Assembly (NCBI GenBank): GCA_963668355.1
Contig: OY764265.1
Span: 2,016,001-2,080,000 of the forward strand
Source of the DNA: Bdellovibrionota bacterium
GTDB taxonomy: Bacteria; Bdellovibrionota_G; JALEGL01; DATDPG01
Direction of reading: 5' to 3'
DNA: 64,000 nt
Shown: positions 1 through 10,147 of the stretch, piece after piece
Layout of the letters: every line of letters starts with the position of its first letter
How positions within the stretch are numbered: the first letter of the stretch is position 1
Position numbers and translations under genes: made by a program
The notes under the pieces: generated by a model
Database searches by the model: none
What the model was told of the DNA's origin: nothing
Seen by the model: only the letters and a program-made list of their open reading frames with translations

Positions 1-4
1 CAAC

Positions 5-1162
5 ATGTTTCAAGGAAGCTCTAAAGATGTCAGGATCGCGTTGGAGTCCGTGGTTGAAACCGTGATTGATGAAGGATGGCGGGCAGACCAAGAACATGGG
101 GGCGTTTTGCTGAATGAATTGCATGTTTTGGTAAGTTGGAAGACCAAAAGTCATTTGGGTACGGGAAAACTGCAACGCATTTCTCGCGATTTTTGTTCCT
201 TTGAAAACCACTCTCCCGTTCATGAGTTTCGGGTGGGGGAGACTCTTGAAGTCTCTTATTCCGTGGAGGAGGGGTGCAAGGACTTCATTTCAACCTTGGT
301 TTCTTGTGTGAAAGGAAGGGAGGTTTGTGCTCAGATCTTGGATTCAGAAAAAGGTTCCGAGGTTGATTCCGACTCCATCAAACGCCTGGCAAAGGAACGT
401 GTGAGAAATATCGTCTTTCCTCCTCATACATTTAAGGGAGATTCACTCTCCGTGAAGGTTTACCTCGAAGGCGACGAAGTGCATTCGGCCCATATCTTAT
501 CGGTCAATCCACTACGGGGAAAAATGGAATCAGCTGAGGTCTGGGATTTCTCTGAGTCAGCATATTTGGTGTTTGGAACAAATGATTCTTCTGTACACCG
601 CTTTCCCATTCGTTGTTTGTCTCGGACGGGTCATGTCGTTGATTTTCAGTTTGAAACCCAAACCAAAGAAGCGTTTTTCATTTTGGAAGAAACCTTGAAG
701 AATTTGGCTGGAAGATCCGAGGGGCGAGAGAACCACGCTTTTGAGAACCTGGGAAACTCCACAGAGATTTCGAGTTTTATTCTGCGTAAGCATTTTTCCT
801 CTGCCGCGGAATTTCTTGGAGCGTTTGTGGGTGGCCTCGAATATGGGGTTGTGAACCTGATTTCAAGAGATGAAGCTCCATTGGGAGGGGTGGTTGGAGT
901 CGAGCTCATATTGGGCTCCGGAAAAGATGAACGGATCATCTGCTTGAATGCAAGGGTTCGGAACTCTGCGAACCGACAGATTGAGCTTGAATTAAAGAGT
1001 CCATCAAAACTCAAGAAATATGCCCAGTGGACGGGGCGTAGACTCGTGGAGGATCAGATCGACGGATCTTGGAAACGGCTCAGAAACACATTGCTCGAAT
1101 CCAGAACGTCTTTTTGGCAACGCTTTTTTCCACCCGTCTCGAAACTTCGTTCTCGTGTTTAA
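5..1162 (+). CDS. Hypothetical protein with possible degenerate PilZ-like C-terminal domain (may be 5'-truncated by window edge)
   Basis: 385-aa ORF. The C-terminal segment (AEFLGAFVGGLEYG...LGGVVGVELIL...LNARVR) resembles the degenerate PilZ-like repeat in the 5304-7532 protein. Confidence 0.5.
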   Translation: MFQGSSKDVRIALESVVETVIDEGWRADQEHGGVLLNELHVLVSWKTKSHLGTGKLQRISRDFCSFENHSPVHEFRVGETLEVSYSVEEGCKDFISTLVSCVKGREVCAQILDSEKGSEVDSDSIKRLAKERVRNIVFPPHTFKGDSLSVKVYLEGDEVHSAHILSVNPLRGKMESAEVWDFSESAYLVFGTNDSSVHRFPIRCLSRTGHVVDFQFETQTKEAFFILEETLKNLAGRSEGRENHAFENLGNSTEISSFILRKHFSSAAEFLGAFVGGLEYGVVNLISRDEAPLGGVVGVELILGSGKDERIICLNARVRNSANRQIELELKSPSKLKKYAQWTGRRLVEDQIDGSWKRLRNTLLESRTSFWQRFFPPVSKLRSRV

Positions 1163-1381
1163 TGGAATGGGGTCAGGGGGGACTTTTGTTGTCTTTTTAT
1201 TCGGTTTTTTTGGTGATATTTTTTGAAGATCTGGACAGTTTCGGTGTCCACGGGTTGGGAACTTAGGCGTTTTTGTCTGATTTTCATCATTCTTTGTTGA
1301 GGCAAATGGGAAAAATGACTTTCAGTTCTTTAAAAAGCTTTAGAAATCAACAGGTAAGCCAAGGTCTAAAACGTTTTTCGT

Positions 1382-1398
1382 TTGGCACAGGGATTGCT
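1382..1398 (+). promoter_or_regulatory. Sigma54 promoter (-24/-12)
   Basis: TTGGCACAGGGATTGCT matches the TGGCAC-N5-TTGC consensus. It lies upstream of SD GAGGAGGAG (1424-1432) and GTG 1442. Confidence 0.8.
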
Positions 1399-1441
1399 TT
1401 TTGGGGACCCTTCATGGGAACTCGAGGAGGAGATTGAGCGA

Positions 1442-2710
1442 GTGCTAGCGTATGGCGAACAGTTTTTGATAGCCTTGTTGGCCACCCTGGCAGATACCGC
1501 GCCCTTTGTTTTAATGGGGTATGTCTTTGCCGCTCTGGTTCGAGAGTTCCTGCCCAGAAACATTTTGAGCCGTTTGTTGGGTCGGCGTGGCATTCGCCCC
1601 CTCTTGAATGCGGTCGGCATTGGCGCCTTATTGCCAATTTGTTCGTGTGGAACCATTCCACTGGGGATCGGTTTGGTTCGAAGCGGGGCCTCTCGAGGAA
1701 CGACACTCTCATTCATGACCAGCTCTCCAGCAATTTCCCCGGTGAGTTTACTACTCGGATGGAGCCTATTGGGTGCTGAGTTCATGATTGTTTATATTTT
1801 TGTTGTGGTTACGGGATCTCTCCTACTGGGAGCGCTTGGCAATCAACTGCTCAAAGAAAATGAAAAAGAAATGGAAGTCTGTGAACGTTCCCAGTTTCAA
1901 AAACGGGAAGAGGGTTTTGAAGCTCCGAAAGGAAAGGTCGGATTTTTCAAGCGCTTGGGCCGGGCCTTGCATTGGGCTTTTTTTGATCTTGGTTCTGAAG
2001 TCAGTTTGGATCTATTGTTTGGACTTACCTTGGCTGCGGCCATCATGACCTTGGTCCCGGTCAACTGGGTTACAGACTGGCTTTCCGGTACGAGCATTAC
2101 TAGCTTGGTTCTGATCATTCTAATGGGGATTCCTGTGTACACGTGTTCTGTCCCCTCCATCCCGGTGATTCACAATTTATTGTTTATGGGGGCGAGCCCA
2201 GGCGTTGGTTTGGCTTATCTCATTGCGGGGCCCGCGACCAATATTGGTGAATTAACCGCTATTTACCGAAATATGGGTCGTCGTTCAGCCACATACTATG
2301 TCATCGTTCTTCTCATCCTGGCTTTGGGGGGTGGTTTCTTGGCCAATCATTTGCTTGAGGGACCTTCCGCTCTTTCTTCTTCCATGACGGGTTCAGAAAG
2401 TGTCAGTTTGTTGGGGGAGAAGATGATCGTCATTCAAAGGGGAATCGAATATCTCTGGGCTTCCATTGTTTGGTGGAAGGCCTACTCAGGGATTATCCTG
2501 ATTTTTGTGTTGGGATATGGCGCTTATCAAAAGATTCAAGTTCTGTTCAAAAATCCTTGTGAGCATTGTTTGTTTTGGAATCAAGTCGAATCTGTGGCGA
2601 CTTGTTCGGGACTCTGTTGGCTCAAGAAGACGAATCTTCGTATTCGAAGAGTCTTGTCCCTGGGAAGGCAAAAACCATCGGAAGTCGGCCCTTCGTTGGG
2701 GAAAGAATAA
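1442..2710 (+). CDS. DUF318/ArsP-type (SO_0444-like) metal/metalloid efflux permease
   Basis: Multi-TM protein with PICSCGTIP and YTCSVPSIP motifs, AGPATN, and a Cys-rich tail (CEHC..C..LC). Start moved to GTG 1442 because of the SD and promoter position. Confidence 0.75.
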   Translation: MLAYGEQFLIALLATLADTAPFVLMGYVFAALVREFLPRNILSRLLGRRGIRPLLNAVGIGALLPICSCGTIPLGIGLVRSGASRGTTLSFMTSSPAISPVSLLLGWSLLGAEFMIVYIFVVVTGSLLLGALGNQLLKENEKEMEVCERSQFQKREEGFEAPKGKVGFFKRLGRALHWAFFDLGSEVSLDLLFGLTLAAAIMTLVPVNWVTDWLSGTSITSLVLIILMGIPVYTCSVPSIPVIHNLLFMGASPGVGLAYLIAGPATNIGELTAIYRNMGRRSATYYVIVLLILALGGGFLANHLLEGPSALSSSMTGSESVSLLGEKMIVIQRGIEYLWASIVWWKAYSGIILIFVLGYGAYQKIQVLFKNPCEHCLFWNQVESVATCSGLCWLKKTNLRIRRVLSLGRQKPSEVGPSLGKE

Positions 2711-4500
2711 TGAAAACCCGTTTTGCAATTTTCGGGGTGGTTTTTTCAGTATTTTTAATTTTTGTTCAATTCGCTTGCGCTGAGGACATATCTAAAAGAG
2801 TTTTGATTCCCGAAGCCCAGGAAGCCATTGAACTCCTAAATTATATTGCAGGAGACTACTATGAGGCTGTTTCCATACAAGGTGGAGAGGTCATCAATGA
2901 TTTTGAATACAATGAAATGATCCGGTTTTCAGGTATTGTGGTTGGCCTCGTAAAGACGTTAGAGCTTGATCAACAACAACCTTTGAAGGGCTATCTTAGG
3001 AAGTTACAAGAGTCCATTGACCAAAAAGCTCAGATCAAGGATGTGATGCGTTTGGCCTTGGATGCAAGAAATGAAGTCTATCAGGCATTCGCCATTCCTG
3101 TGCAACCCCTCAAAATGCCGAGTTTGAAGAAAGGGAAAAGTGTTTTTTCCCGAACCTGTCAATCCTGTCACCTCTCTGAAGAGGGAGGCCTTTCTTCAAA
3201 AGAAAAAATTCTAAAAGGAGATTCTCCACTCAACGCATTTAATTCCATCAAATTCACGCAAGCGGGGGCTCACAAAACGACGTTCCCCAAACTTTCCGAC
3301 AGAGATCGATGGGACGCTGTAGCTTATTTGTTTTCGTTGAGGAAAGATTTGCCGAAACCTCGAAGGAATACCTCTCATCCCCATATCCCTTGGCAGGTCT
3401 CTTTGCGGTTAAGTGACCAAGAAATTCTTCGAAAAAATAAGTCTCGCAAATTGACTGAAGAAAAGGCATTGAGTGAGTTGAGTCAAATACGCCATTTCCG
3501 GTATGGATCGACGATTGATGCCGACCCAGATTCTGCTCATACGTTAGCTCCACTGCTTCCTCAGGAAAGTATTGAAGTTGCGATGGCAAATTTAGACGAA
3601 GGGTTCAAAAAATACCGAAATGGAAATGCCTCGAAAGCCCGAGAAAATATTTCCCGTGTATATTCTCGCGGCTTGCAGCGGGTCATTCCCATTCTTTTTG
3701 CACTTGAAAAAGAGGAGCTGGCGAAGTCGCTTCGGGAACACTATTTTGACCTTGTTTCCTCTCTGGATTCCTACGATCAGGAATTGAGAAGAAAGGGTCG
3801 TAGGCTTTCTGCACAGATGAAAAAAGCCCGAATGGAAATCCTGACTTTCAGGAGCATGAAGCCGGATCAGGCATTTTCCAGCACAGTAGCGAACTTTTTT
3901 GGTCAGCTCTGGTTTGTCGCGTTGATTGGAGTTTTTCTACTTTTGGGCCTCAGGGAGACGTCCGCGTCCATTCTTTCAAAATACGCGTTTTATTTGGCCT
4001 GGGTTGGAGTCTTTTTCATTGGGTTTTCTTTTCGGACGGATTTCGGAGAAATGCCAGCCGAATTCTTGCAATTTGGGCCAAGAGGTTATCTCAAGGTCAT
4101 TTCATTTCTGTTTTTAGTCGGATTGGCGGTTTGGCTTGCTCTGCGAAGTTTTGGGACCGAATGGAACAATCGATGGGCCGCTTCCGCCATGCTCAAGAAG
4201 GATCTTTTTGGAACCGTTTGTGCCTCAATTGCAATTTTGCTTTTAGGGGTGGGTGGATTGAGCGAGTCATTGGTGTTTTATGAAGACTGGAAGCTCCAGA
4301 TCATTGGCCGAGAAGGGCCCATTGCTGCGGGAATGGTGGTTTCTTTCATTTTGCTGGCGATGTTTGGTGCTGTGACCTGGGCTGGATTGAAACGAATTCC
4401 ACGGTCCTATCGACTCGCTGGAGAGGCTGTATTGTTGCTGGTCATGGCCTCAGTTTGGTTGTGGGAAGGCGTGAAAACGATTCAGGCCGGCCTGTATTAG
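2710..4500 (+). CDS. PbrT/FTR1-like protein: periplasmic cytochrome c domain plus C-terminal membrane domain (divergent)
   Basis: Signal peptide MKTRFAIF, PbrT-like LLNYIAGDYYEAV, heme motif CQSCH, and about 6-7 C-terminal TM helices. ATG overlaps the upstream stop (TAATG). Confidence 0.65.
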   Translation: MKTRFAIFGVVFSVFLIFVQFACAEDISKRVLIPEAQEAIELLNYIAGDYYEAVSIQGGEVINDFEYNEMIRFSGIVVGLVKTLELDQQQPLKGYLRKLQESIDQKAQIKDVMRLALDARNEVYQAFAIPVQPLKMPSLKKGKSVFSRTCQSCHLSEEGGLSSKEKILKGDSPLNAFNSIKFTQAGAHKTTFPKLSDRDRWDAVAYLFSLRKDLPKPRRNTSHPHIPWQVSLRLSDQEILRKNKSRKLTEEKALSELSQIRHFRYGSTIDADPDSAHTLAPLLPQESIEVAMANLDEGFKKYRNGNASKARENISRVYSRGLQRVIPILFALEKEELAKSLREHYFDLVSSLDSYDQELRRKGRRLSAQMKKARMEILTFRSMKPDQAFSSTVANFFGQLWFVALIGVFLLLGLRETSASILSKYAFYLAWVGVFFIGFSFRTDFGEMPAEFLQFGPRGYLKVISFLFLVGLAVWLALRSFGTEWNNRWAASAMLKKDLFGTVCASIAILLLGVGGLSESLVFYEDWKLQIIGREGPIAAGMVVSFILLAMFGAVTWAGLKRIPRSYRLAGEAVLLLVMASVWLWEGVKTIQAGLY

Positions 4501-4513
4501 CCCTGCTTTCGAT

Positions 4514-4996
4514 TCAGACTTTGTCGAAGTAGGCGTTCCATTTGGAGAAAATGATTCCACAGGAAGGACAACTGTCTTCACCTTCGAATTTTTTAGCCCT
4601 GCAATTGGGGCATTCATCTGGAGCTGCCGGAGTTTCATCCTCACTCGGGCTTTGTTCTTCTGAAGAAGTTGCTTCTCCTTCGATTGAAGAAGGAGCGGGC
4701 GTGGCAGGTGCGCAGGATGCGGAAGGTTCTTCAGCGGTTTCTAAAACCTCGGGAGATTCCAAAAAAATCTCTTCCCCCGTTGATTCATCACGGAGCGTAA
4801 CTTCGGCTCCGATGCCTTGCAGTTTTTTGGCCAATTCTTCGGCTTGATTTTGAGTTAATTTGCTTTTTAAGACACACGGTATTTTCGAAAAAATAACGCC
4901 TACGCGTTCCATGGGGAGGCCAAATGTCGCCCCAAAAGATTGCTGAGCGTCTTCTTCCGGAATATCTGAAAAACCAAGTAACTTTACACTGAACAC
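4514..4996 (-). CDS. Hypothetical protein: L7/L12-CTD-like N-terminal domain, acidic linker and zinc ribbon
   Basis: GTG 4996 follows AAGGGG. Contains LKSKLTQNQAEELAKKLQGIGAEV and CPNC...CPSC. Confidence 0.6.
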   Translation of the reverse strand: MFSVKLLGFSDIPEEDAQQSFGATFGLPMERVGVIFSKIPCVLKSKLTQNQAEELAKKLQGIGAEVTLRDESTGEEIFLESPEVLETAEEPSASCAPATPAPSSIEGEATSSEEQSPSEDETPAAPDECPNCRAKKFEGEDSCPSCGIIFSKWNAYFDKV

Positions 4997-5303
4997 GGGG
5001 AGCCCCTTTTCTAAAAATTTCACAGAAATTATAGAGGTCAATAAAAAGGATGAAAAACATTTTTTAACCGATTCAGGGACTGTTGAATAACTGAGGGGTT
5101 GGGGAGTTTCGGAAGTGTTTCGTTTTCTACGTCGAATGACTCGCGCGTCTGCCCTGCAAATCGAAGAATTTCCTACAAATTTTGTAAAGGCAGGCACGTA
5201 AGATGCTCTGGAGGCTCCGTTTAACGTTTCCTCCCGAAAACGAAACATTTTCGAAACCCCACAAACGTTTCGGTTTTTCAATAGTTTGACTTAAATAAGG
5301 GAT

Positions 5304-7532
5304 TTAAAGACTGGAGGGAGATTCGTTCGAGGAGGTGTGCTCCTGGGGAAGAATCCACGATACGGCCGAAGGATCCAGTTCGATGATGACTTTCTGTACC
5401 TCTGGAGGCAGTTGTCGGGCAAGTGCCTGGTCCAGCACAAAAACAAGATTCTTTGACACAAAAAGACGATGTTCCATCTTGCGGGGGTCAAAACGAACAA
5501 AGAGGAGATCTTTCGTGGAGAAATCGATGGGCGTTCCATCTTTGGTGGCATGGATCGTCTTTTCTTCCATGGGAATATTGCTAAGGAACTTTGTTTTAAA
5601 AGCCTCTTCTACCGTTCGAGGGCGCTCCTCTTCTTGAGTGATTACTTCCGTGGGATGAGTCACCCACCAGTAGCTGAATCCAATGCCTAGCAAAAGAACG
5701 ATAGTCCAAAACAATTGAGTCCCTTTATCTGCCGGAGTAGCTTTTGGAATCACGGTGGATTCGGCTGTGGTGGCCGAAGAAATCAATGATTTCATGCGGT
5801 TTCGGAGACCTGCTGGAATGGTCTCCAAGGCAAGTACAGCCTTATGATTTGCAGTAATTCGCTCAATTCTTCCTCGCAACGCAATAGAGGTGGGACGTTT
5901 CGACAAGCTGAGGCCCGCTCTCGCAATTTCCAAACGAACATTTACAACCATGTCTTTTTGAAAACGAACATCCTTGGGCAGAATCAAAATATTATGCTTG
6001 ATATCTCTCAGGTAGATTTGAGAGAACTCGGCAGGAGATTTAAGGGAGAGGGTTTTTTTGATGGTCTCAGGCGCTTTTGAGGAGGGCGTTGCGAGTGGGG
6101 GAGTCTCCTTTTCTTCCTGAGAAGAAAGGTACTTTTGAATGGCCAATTTGTGTCGAGGGTGAATCGAGGAAAACTGTAAATTAAATTCTTTATTGGTTCC
6201 CCGGGAAATATGACAGGAGACATCAAACATTTCACGGCTTTTGTCGGGATAAATTAGGCGAAGTGTGATGGTTCCTTCGGTGGCGTTTTCCGGCAAACTT
6301 GTGTTTTTCAAGGTCGCGCCAACTTCGCAGAGGGACGTAATGGAACCAGAACTATATACATCATCGACAAGCACGTTGACGGAAAGGGGAGGGTCACATG
6401 CAATCAGCTCTTGCCCTAGAATTTCAGGAAGCTCTGTAGAACTGATTTGCGTAACAATTTGTTCCCAGTTCTTTCTAGAAAACTCATCTCGAAGATCTAG
6501 TTGAATGCCCATCCCCGTTTCCAGGCGGCGGGCGATGGTCCCTTTTAACACCATCTTGGGCGGGATGCCGGGAAGGGATGAGACCAAGGTGAAGGAGATT
6601 TGTGACGATACGTCCAGGGGCGGAGGGGCTTCGATAAATATTCCCGTTGAGCTGATGTCTCGAATCGCTGCAGGTTGGCCAGCTCCAAGATCGGCTTGAA
6701 CCAGGCTGTTCTCGATATTGTATCGAGGAACTTGTCGGGTTTCGTCAACGGAATTTGAAGGGTCCTGCGTTGTTTCTTTGGGGGGGGGAGTCGTTGAAGC
6801 CGGGTTTGCATTCGAAGGGATTTTTTGAGTGGTCTGCAAGGCTTGAAAACGAGCTTTGAATTCCGAAGATTCTTTCAGTAGCTGTTCAAAAGCCGAACTG
6901 GAAAGCGAAAAAATATGGCAAGTGGTGATGGGCTGTGCATAGGAAAATTCCCCCACGCCCAAAAAATGATCTACGGGACCAAAAACATAACCCGACGTAA
7001 TCTCGTCGATGGCTTTCCCCGTTTTTCCCTTTTCTCGCTCCACCTGAAGTTTGCCTTGGAGAACCAGGTTCCAGAACCCCAGCCCGTTGGGATGGTCTGA
7101 ACTCATCTTCTCTCCCGCTTTTTGCACCCGATGCTTTCCGTGTTGAATGACGCACTGTAAAGACTCGGAAGAAAGGGGAAAAAGAAAAGCAGAATCTCGA
7201 AGCAAATCCTCCGTGACTTGGAAGGGGGCTTCAGTGGAGGAAGGTTTTAAAAGATTTTGAAAGCGCTCATCTTCTTCGGTCCAGGTCTTTACGTGTTGGA
7301 GTGCTTTCTGGAGTTCCTCTCGTCTTCCAGATGCGTCTAAGTCGAGAGAGGCCTGGGAAAACAGATTGTAGGCCTCTTCTTTCATTTCAACCCTTGCATA
7401 CAAAACAGCCATTTTGATTTGGGCTTTCTTTGGGATTTTTTCAGGGGGGATCGAGCCCAGGATTTTTTGCGCTTGACTGATTTTTCCCTCCGAAATGAGG
7501 GATGTGATCTCATGTAAGGATACTTTCGCCAT
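5304..7532 (-). CDS. Membrane-anchored cNMP-binding / multi-PilZ domain protein
   Basis: cNMP-like domain (LVLQGKLQVE..GYVFG), canonical PilZ motifs RQVPR and DISSTG, two further degenerate PilZ-like repeats, and a TM helix near the C-terminus. Confidence 0.7.
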   Translation of the reverse strand: MAKVSLHEITSLISEGKISQAQKILGSIPPEKIPKKAQIKMAVLYARVEMKEEAYNLFSQASLDLDASGRREELQKALQHVKTWTEEDERFQNLLKPSSTEAPFQVTEDLLRDSAFLFPLSSESLQCVIQHGKHRVQKAGEKMSSDHPNGLGFWNLVLQGKLQVEREKGKTGKAIDEITSGYVFGPVDHFLGVGEFSYAQPITTCHIFSLSSSAFEQLLKESSEFKARFQALQTTQKIPSNANPASTTPPPKETTQDPSNSVDETRQVPRYNIENSLVQADLGAGQPAAIRDISSTGIFIEAPPPLDVSSQISFTLVSSLPGIPPKMVLKGTIARRLETGMGIQLDLRDEFSRKNWEQIVTQISSTELPEILGQELIACDPPLSVNVLVDDVYSSGSITSLCEVGATLKNTSLPENATEGTITLRLIYPDKSREMFDVSCHISRGTNKEFNLQFSSIHPRHKLAIQKYLSSQEEKETPPLATPSSKAPETIKKTLSLKSPAEFSQIYLRDIKHNILILPKDVRFQKDMVVNVRLEIARAGLSLSKRPTSIALRGRIERITANHKAVLALETIPAGLRNRMKSLISSATTAESTVIPKATPADKGTQLFWTIVLLLGIGFSYWWVTHPTEVITQEEERPRTVEEAFKTKFLSNIPMEEKTIHATKDGTPIDFSTKDLLFVRFDPRKMEHRLFVSKNLVFVLDQALARQLPPEVQKVIIELDPSAVSWILPQEHTSSNESPSSL

Positions 7533-7651
7533 GAAATAGGTTCATGATGATACCTTTCTGCGTTGGTTAATTATAGAAATAATTAATGTTCAGCTGCTTC
7601 TTTTGTGATGATACAATGAACCCCTCAAGACAGGAGTGGTATCCCCGAGAG

Positions 7652-8299
7652 ATGAACATCTTTACGACATCAGATTCTTACAGGCTTCGTGTTTGGAGAA
7701 CCTCTTCGATTTTCCGCAAAAAACGTGGGTTTAGTATTTTGGAAATTTTGATTGCTTTGGTCATCATCACCACACTCATAGCTTTGGGGGGGCCGAAGCT
7801 TGCCAATATGCGCACTCGGCAAAGCCTTTCCAGTACTGTAGATGGGGTTGTGAACCTGTTGCAACGTATGCGGGCACAGGCCTTAGGGCGCACGGAGTTG
7901 ATGGGAGCTAAATTCGAGGCGGGGAAAGTATTCTCCTTTATGGATCTAAACACCAACGGGAGTTTTGACACGGGAATTGATCAGGTTTTGAGTTCCTACG
8001 AGTACAAAACCGGCGTTCTGGTGGCTTCGGGGTGTGGAAGCAATTCCATTGACCCAACCTCTCGCCCATATGTTTACATTGATGGCAAGGGGTTTGTGGG
8101 GGTCTATTCCGGTGGAGCCTTCACACATAAGAATTGGCAAATTTTCTTGTATCATCCTGATTTGGCCGATGGGAAGAAGTCCAGAGAAGTTGAGGCCCTT
8201 TCCAATGGATTGATTGAAAAAATTCGATTAGGCAATGCCGGACATGTGATTCCTAATCCGAAAGAGGCAAATAAGAATGGCCTTATTTGCGGTCCTTAG
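7652..8299 (+). CDS. FimT/FimU-like minor type IV pilin
   Basis: Prepilin motif KKRG|FSILEILIALVII with E5, followed by LLQRMRAQA helix. Start codon uncertain (7586/7616/7652). Confidence 0.75.
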   Translation: MNIFTTSDSYRLRVWRTSSIFRKKRGFSILEILIALVIITTLIALGGPKLANMRTRQSLSSTVDGVVNLLQRMRAQALGRTELMGAKFEAGKVFSFMDLNTNGSFDTGIDQVLSSYEYKTGVLVASGCGSNSIDPTSRPYVYIDGKGFVGVYSGGAFTHKNWQIFLYHPDLADGKKSREVEALSNGLIEKIRLGNAGHVIPNPKEANKNGLICGP

Positions 8300-8311
8300 C
8301 GTTTCTTAGCG

Positions 8312-10147
8312 GTGATGTCTGTAACTCCAGCCTCTCTCTCTCTTTCTTCAAGGCTTACCAGGTTCCTCTTGCTTCAGGCTGGCGTATTGCTGTTAGGGAC
8401 CGTTCTGGTCGGAATTGGAGGGGGCCTCTTTTTTAAAAGTACGTTGCACTCGATGTGGCAGGCTCGGTTCAAGACTGAAGCGCGATCGCTATGCGCAGTT
8501 CTTTCGGATGTTGTTCGGGATCAAGCCTCGCTCCTCGAAAGTGTTTCATATGATCCTTTGCTCCGGGTTTTTGATAAAACCATCGACTCGGGTACCCAAG
8601 AAAAGCTTTTAAGACTTCACAGGCGCTCTTTTTCAAAATTGGAATTTTTTCCAGCGGAAAACGTTGCATCTACTGACTCCCTGCTTCAAAAGGCCAGGCA
8701 GATGCCCGGACAGGTTGTGGTCGGGGATCTACCTTTTAAACAACGTCTAAACAGTAAAAAAGTTCGTTTTCTCATTTGCCAGGTTAGCGAGAAAGGAGTG
8801 GCCCTCGGGTGTTTGCAGGGAATTTTCCGATTAAACCTCCGCAAACAAATTCTCCGACAAAATCTTTTGGGATCCTTTCGTGTAGATCTGTTTAATCATG
8901 AAAAAAACAAATCTTCGGTTCAAATTTTTCCGTATCAATCGCAATATCTCAAGGAGTGGGTTTCCAAGGAGCTAGTAAAAATAGTAAAAGGAAAGACCCA
9001 AGAACCTTTCCAAGTGAATGATGATGTTTTTTTCTATGAGAGTCGCATCACAGATACGCCATGGACTGCGGCTGTTACGGCTCCCATCGAGGCCTTCCAG
9101 CAAGAAACCCAAGACATCGAACGCATCTTTTGGCTGATTTTGATTCCTGCGATGCTTCTCATGTTTCTTTTTAATTTTCAATACTTACGAAAGAAAGTTC
9201 TCATTCCGGCTGCTGAAATCGAAAATTATACGACAAAAATTTCAGCCGAATTCTCCGACGAAGATGCTTCTGTAAAAACATTGGGGCCCGACCTTGGTTT
9301 TTTGCGTAGCTATTTTCAAAAACTTCATCAACAAGTTCTTCAGTTTAAGGAATCCGAACAAAATTATCAGAACACGCTTCAAGCCGAAGTACATGCCATG
9401 ACCAAAGATCTCCAAGAACGGACAAAATCTTTGGAAGAAATGAACCGCAGGCGCGAAGAGGCTCAGACTCAGTTGATTCATGCCGAAAAGATGGCTGTGA
9501 CTTCTCGGTTAATTGCGGGCGTGGCGCATGAGATTCGTAATCCTCTGGCTTCGATGGCATTGGCGGTAGATAACCTTTTGGCAATGGGAAAGGGGAAGCG
9601 TACGCCTTCAGAGGAGAAATATCTGAAGATTCTTCGGGGAGATATTACGCGTCTTTCCGATTTGTTGACGCATGTATTGGAATTGAGTCGGCCTTCGAAA
9701 GATCGTTTCCAAGCCGCTTCCCTAAATGAAATCATCGAAGACGTTCTAAGAATGTTGGAATGGGAATGTACCGAAAAGGGAGTTGAAATAGAGCGTTGTC
9801 TCGACTCCTCGGTAAGCCAAATTGATTTATTGCGAGAAGACCTGAAGAATTGCTTCCTAAATTTGTTGAGAAATAGCTTGGAGGCCGTGGGCGACAAAGG
9901 AAGCGTGCGAATCGTGAGCCGCGAGGAACAGGATTGTATTAAGGTTTTGGTGATGGATTCGGGCCCGGGAATCTCTGAGTTACAGCGCACGAAAATCTTT
10001 GATATGTTTTATACGACCAAGGAAAAAGGAACGGGTTTGGGTCTCACTCAGGTCATGCAGGCCGTGAAGATGCATGGTGGAAATGTAAAGATCCTTGAGG
10101 GTGAGCTTAAAGGGGCCTGTTTTGAATTGAGCTTTCCAAAAAAATGA
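8312..10147 (+). CDS. Sensor histidine kinase (NtrB/PilS-like)
   Basis: Two TM segments, H-box AHEIRNPL, N-box NLLRNS, DSGPGI and GTGLGL motifs. Confidence 0.92.
   Translation: MMSVTPASLSLSSRLTRFLLLQAGVLLLGTVLVGIGGGLFFKSTLHSMWQARFKTEARSLCAVLSDVVRDQASLLESVSYDPLLRVFDKTIDSGTQEKLLRLHRRSFSKLEFFPAENVASTDSLLQKARQMPGQVVVGDLPFKQRLNSKKVRFLICQVSEKGVALGCLQGIFRLNLRKQILRQNLLGSFRVDLFNHEKNKSSVQIFPYQSQYLKEWVSKELVKIVKGKTQEPFQVNDDVFFYESRITDTPWTAAVTAPIEAFQQETQDIERIFWLILIPAMLLMFLFNFQYLRKKVLIPAAEIENYTTKISAEFSDEDASVKTLGPDLGFLRSYFQKLHQQVLQFKESEQNYQNTLQAEVHAMTKDLQERTKSLEEMNRRREEAQTQLIHAEKMAVTSRLIAGVAHEIRNPLASMALAVDNLLAMGKGKRTPSEEKYLKILRGDITRLSDLLTHVLELSRPSKDRFQAASLNEIIEDVLRMLEWECTEKGVEIERCLDSSVSQIDLLREDLKNCFLNLLRNSLEAVGDKGSVRIVSREEQDCIKVLVMDSGPGISELQRTKIFDMFYTTKEKGTGLGLTQVMQAVKMHGGNVKILEGELKGACFELSFPKK

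Noticed and set aside
1382..1441. TTG start for the permease given by the ORF track
   Set aside because: The TTG is part of the sigma54 motif. An SD-led GTG at 1442 fits better.
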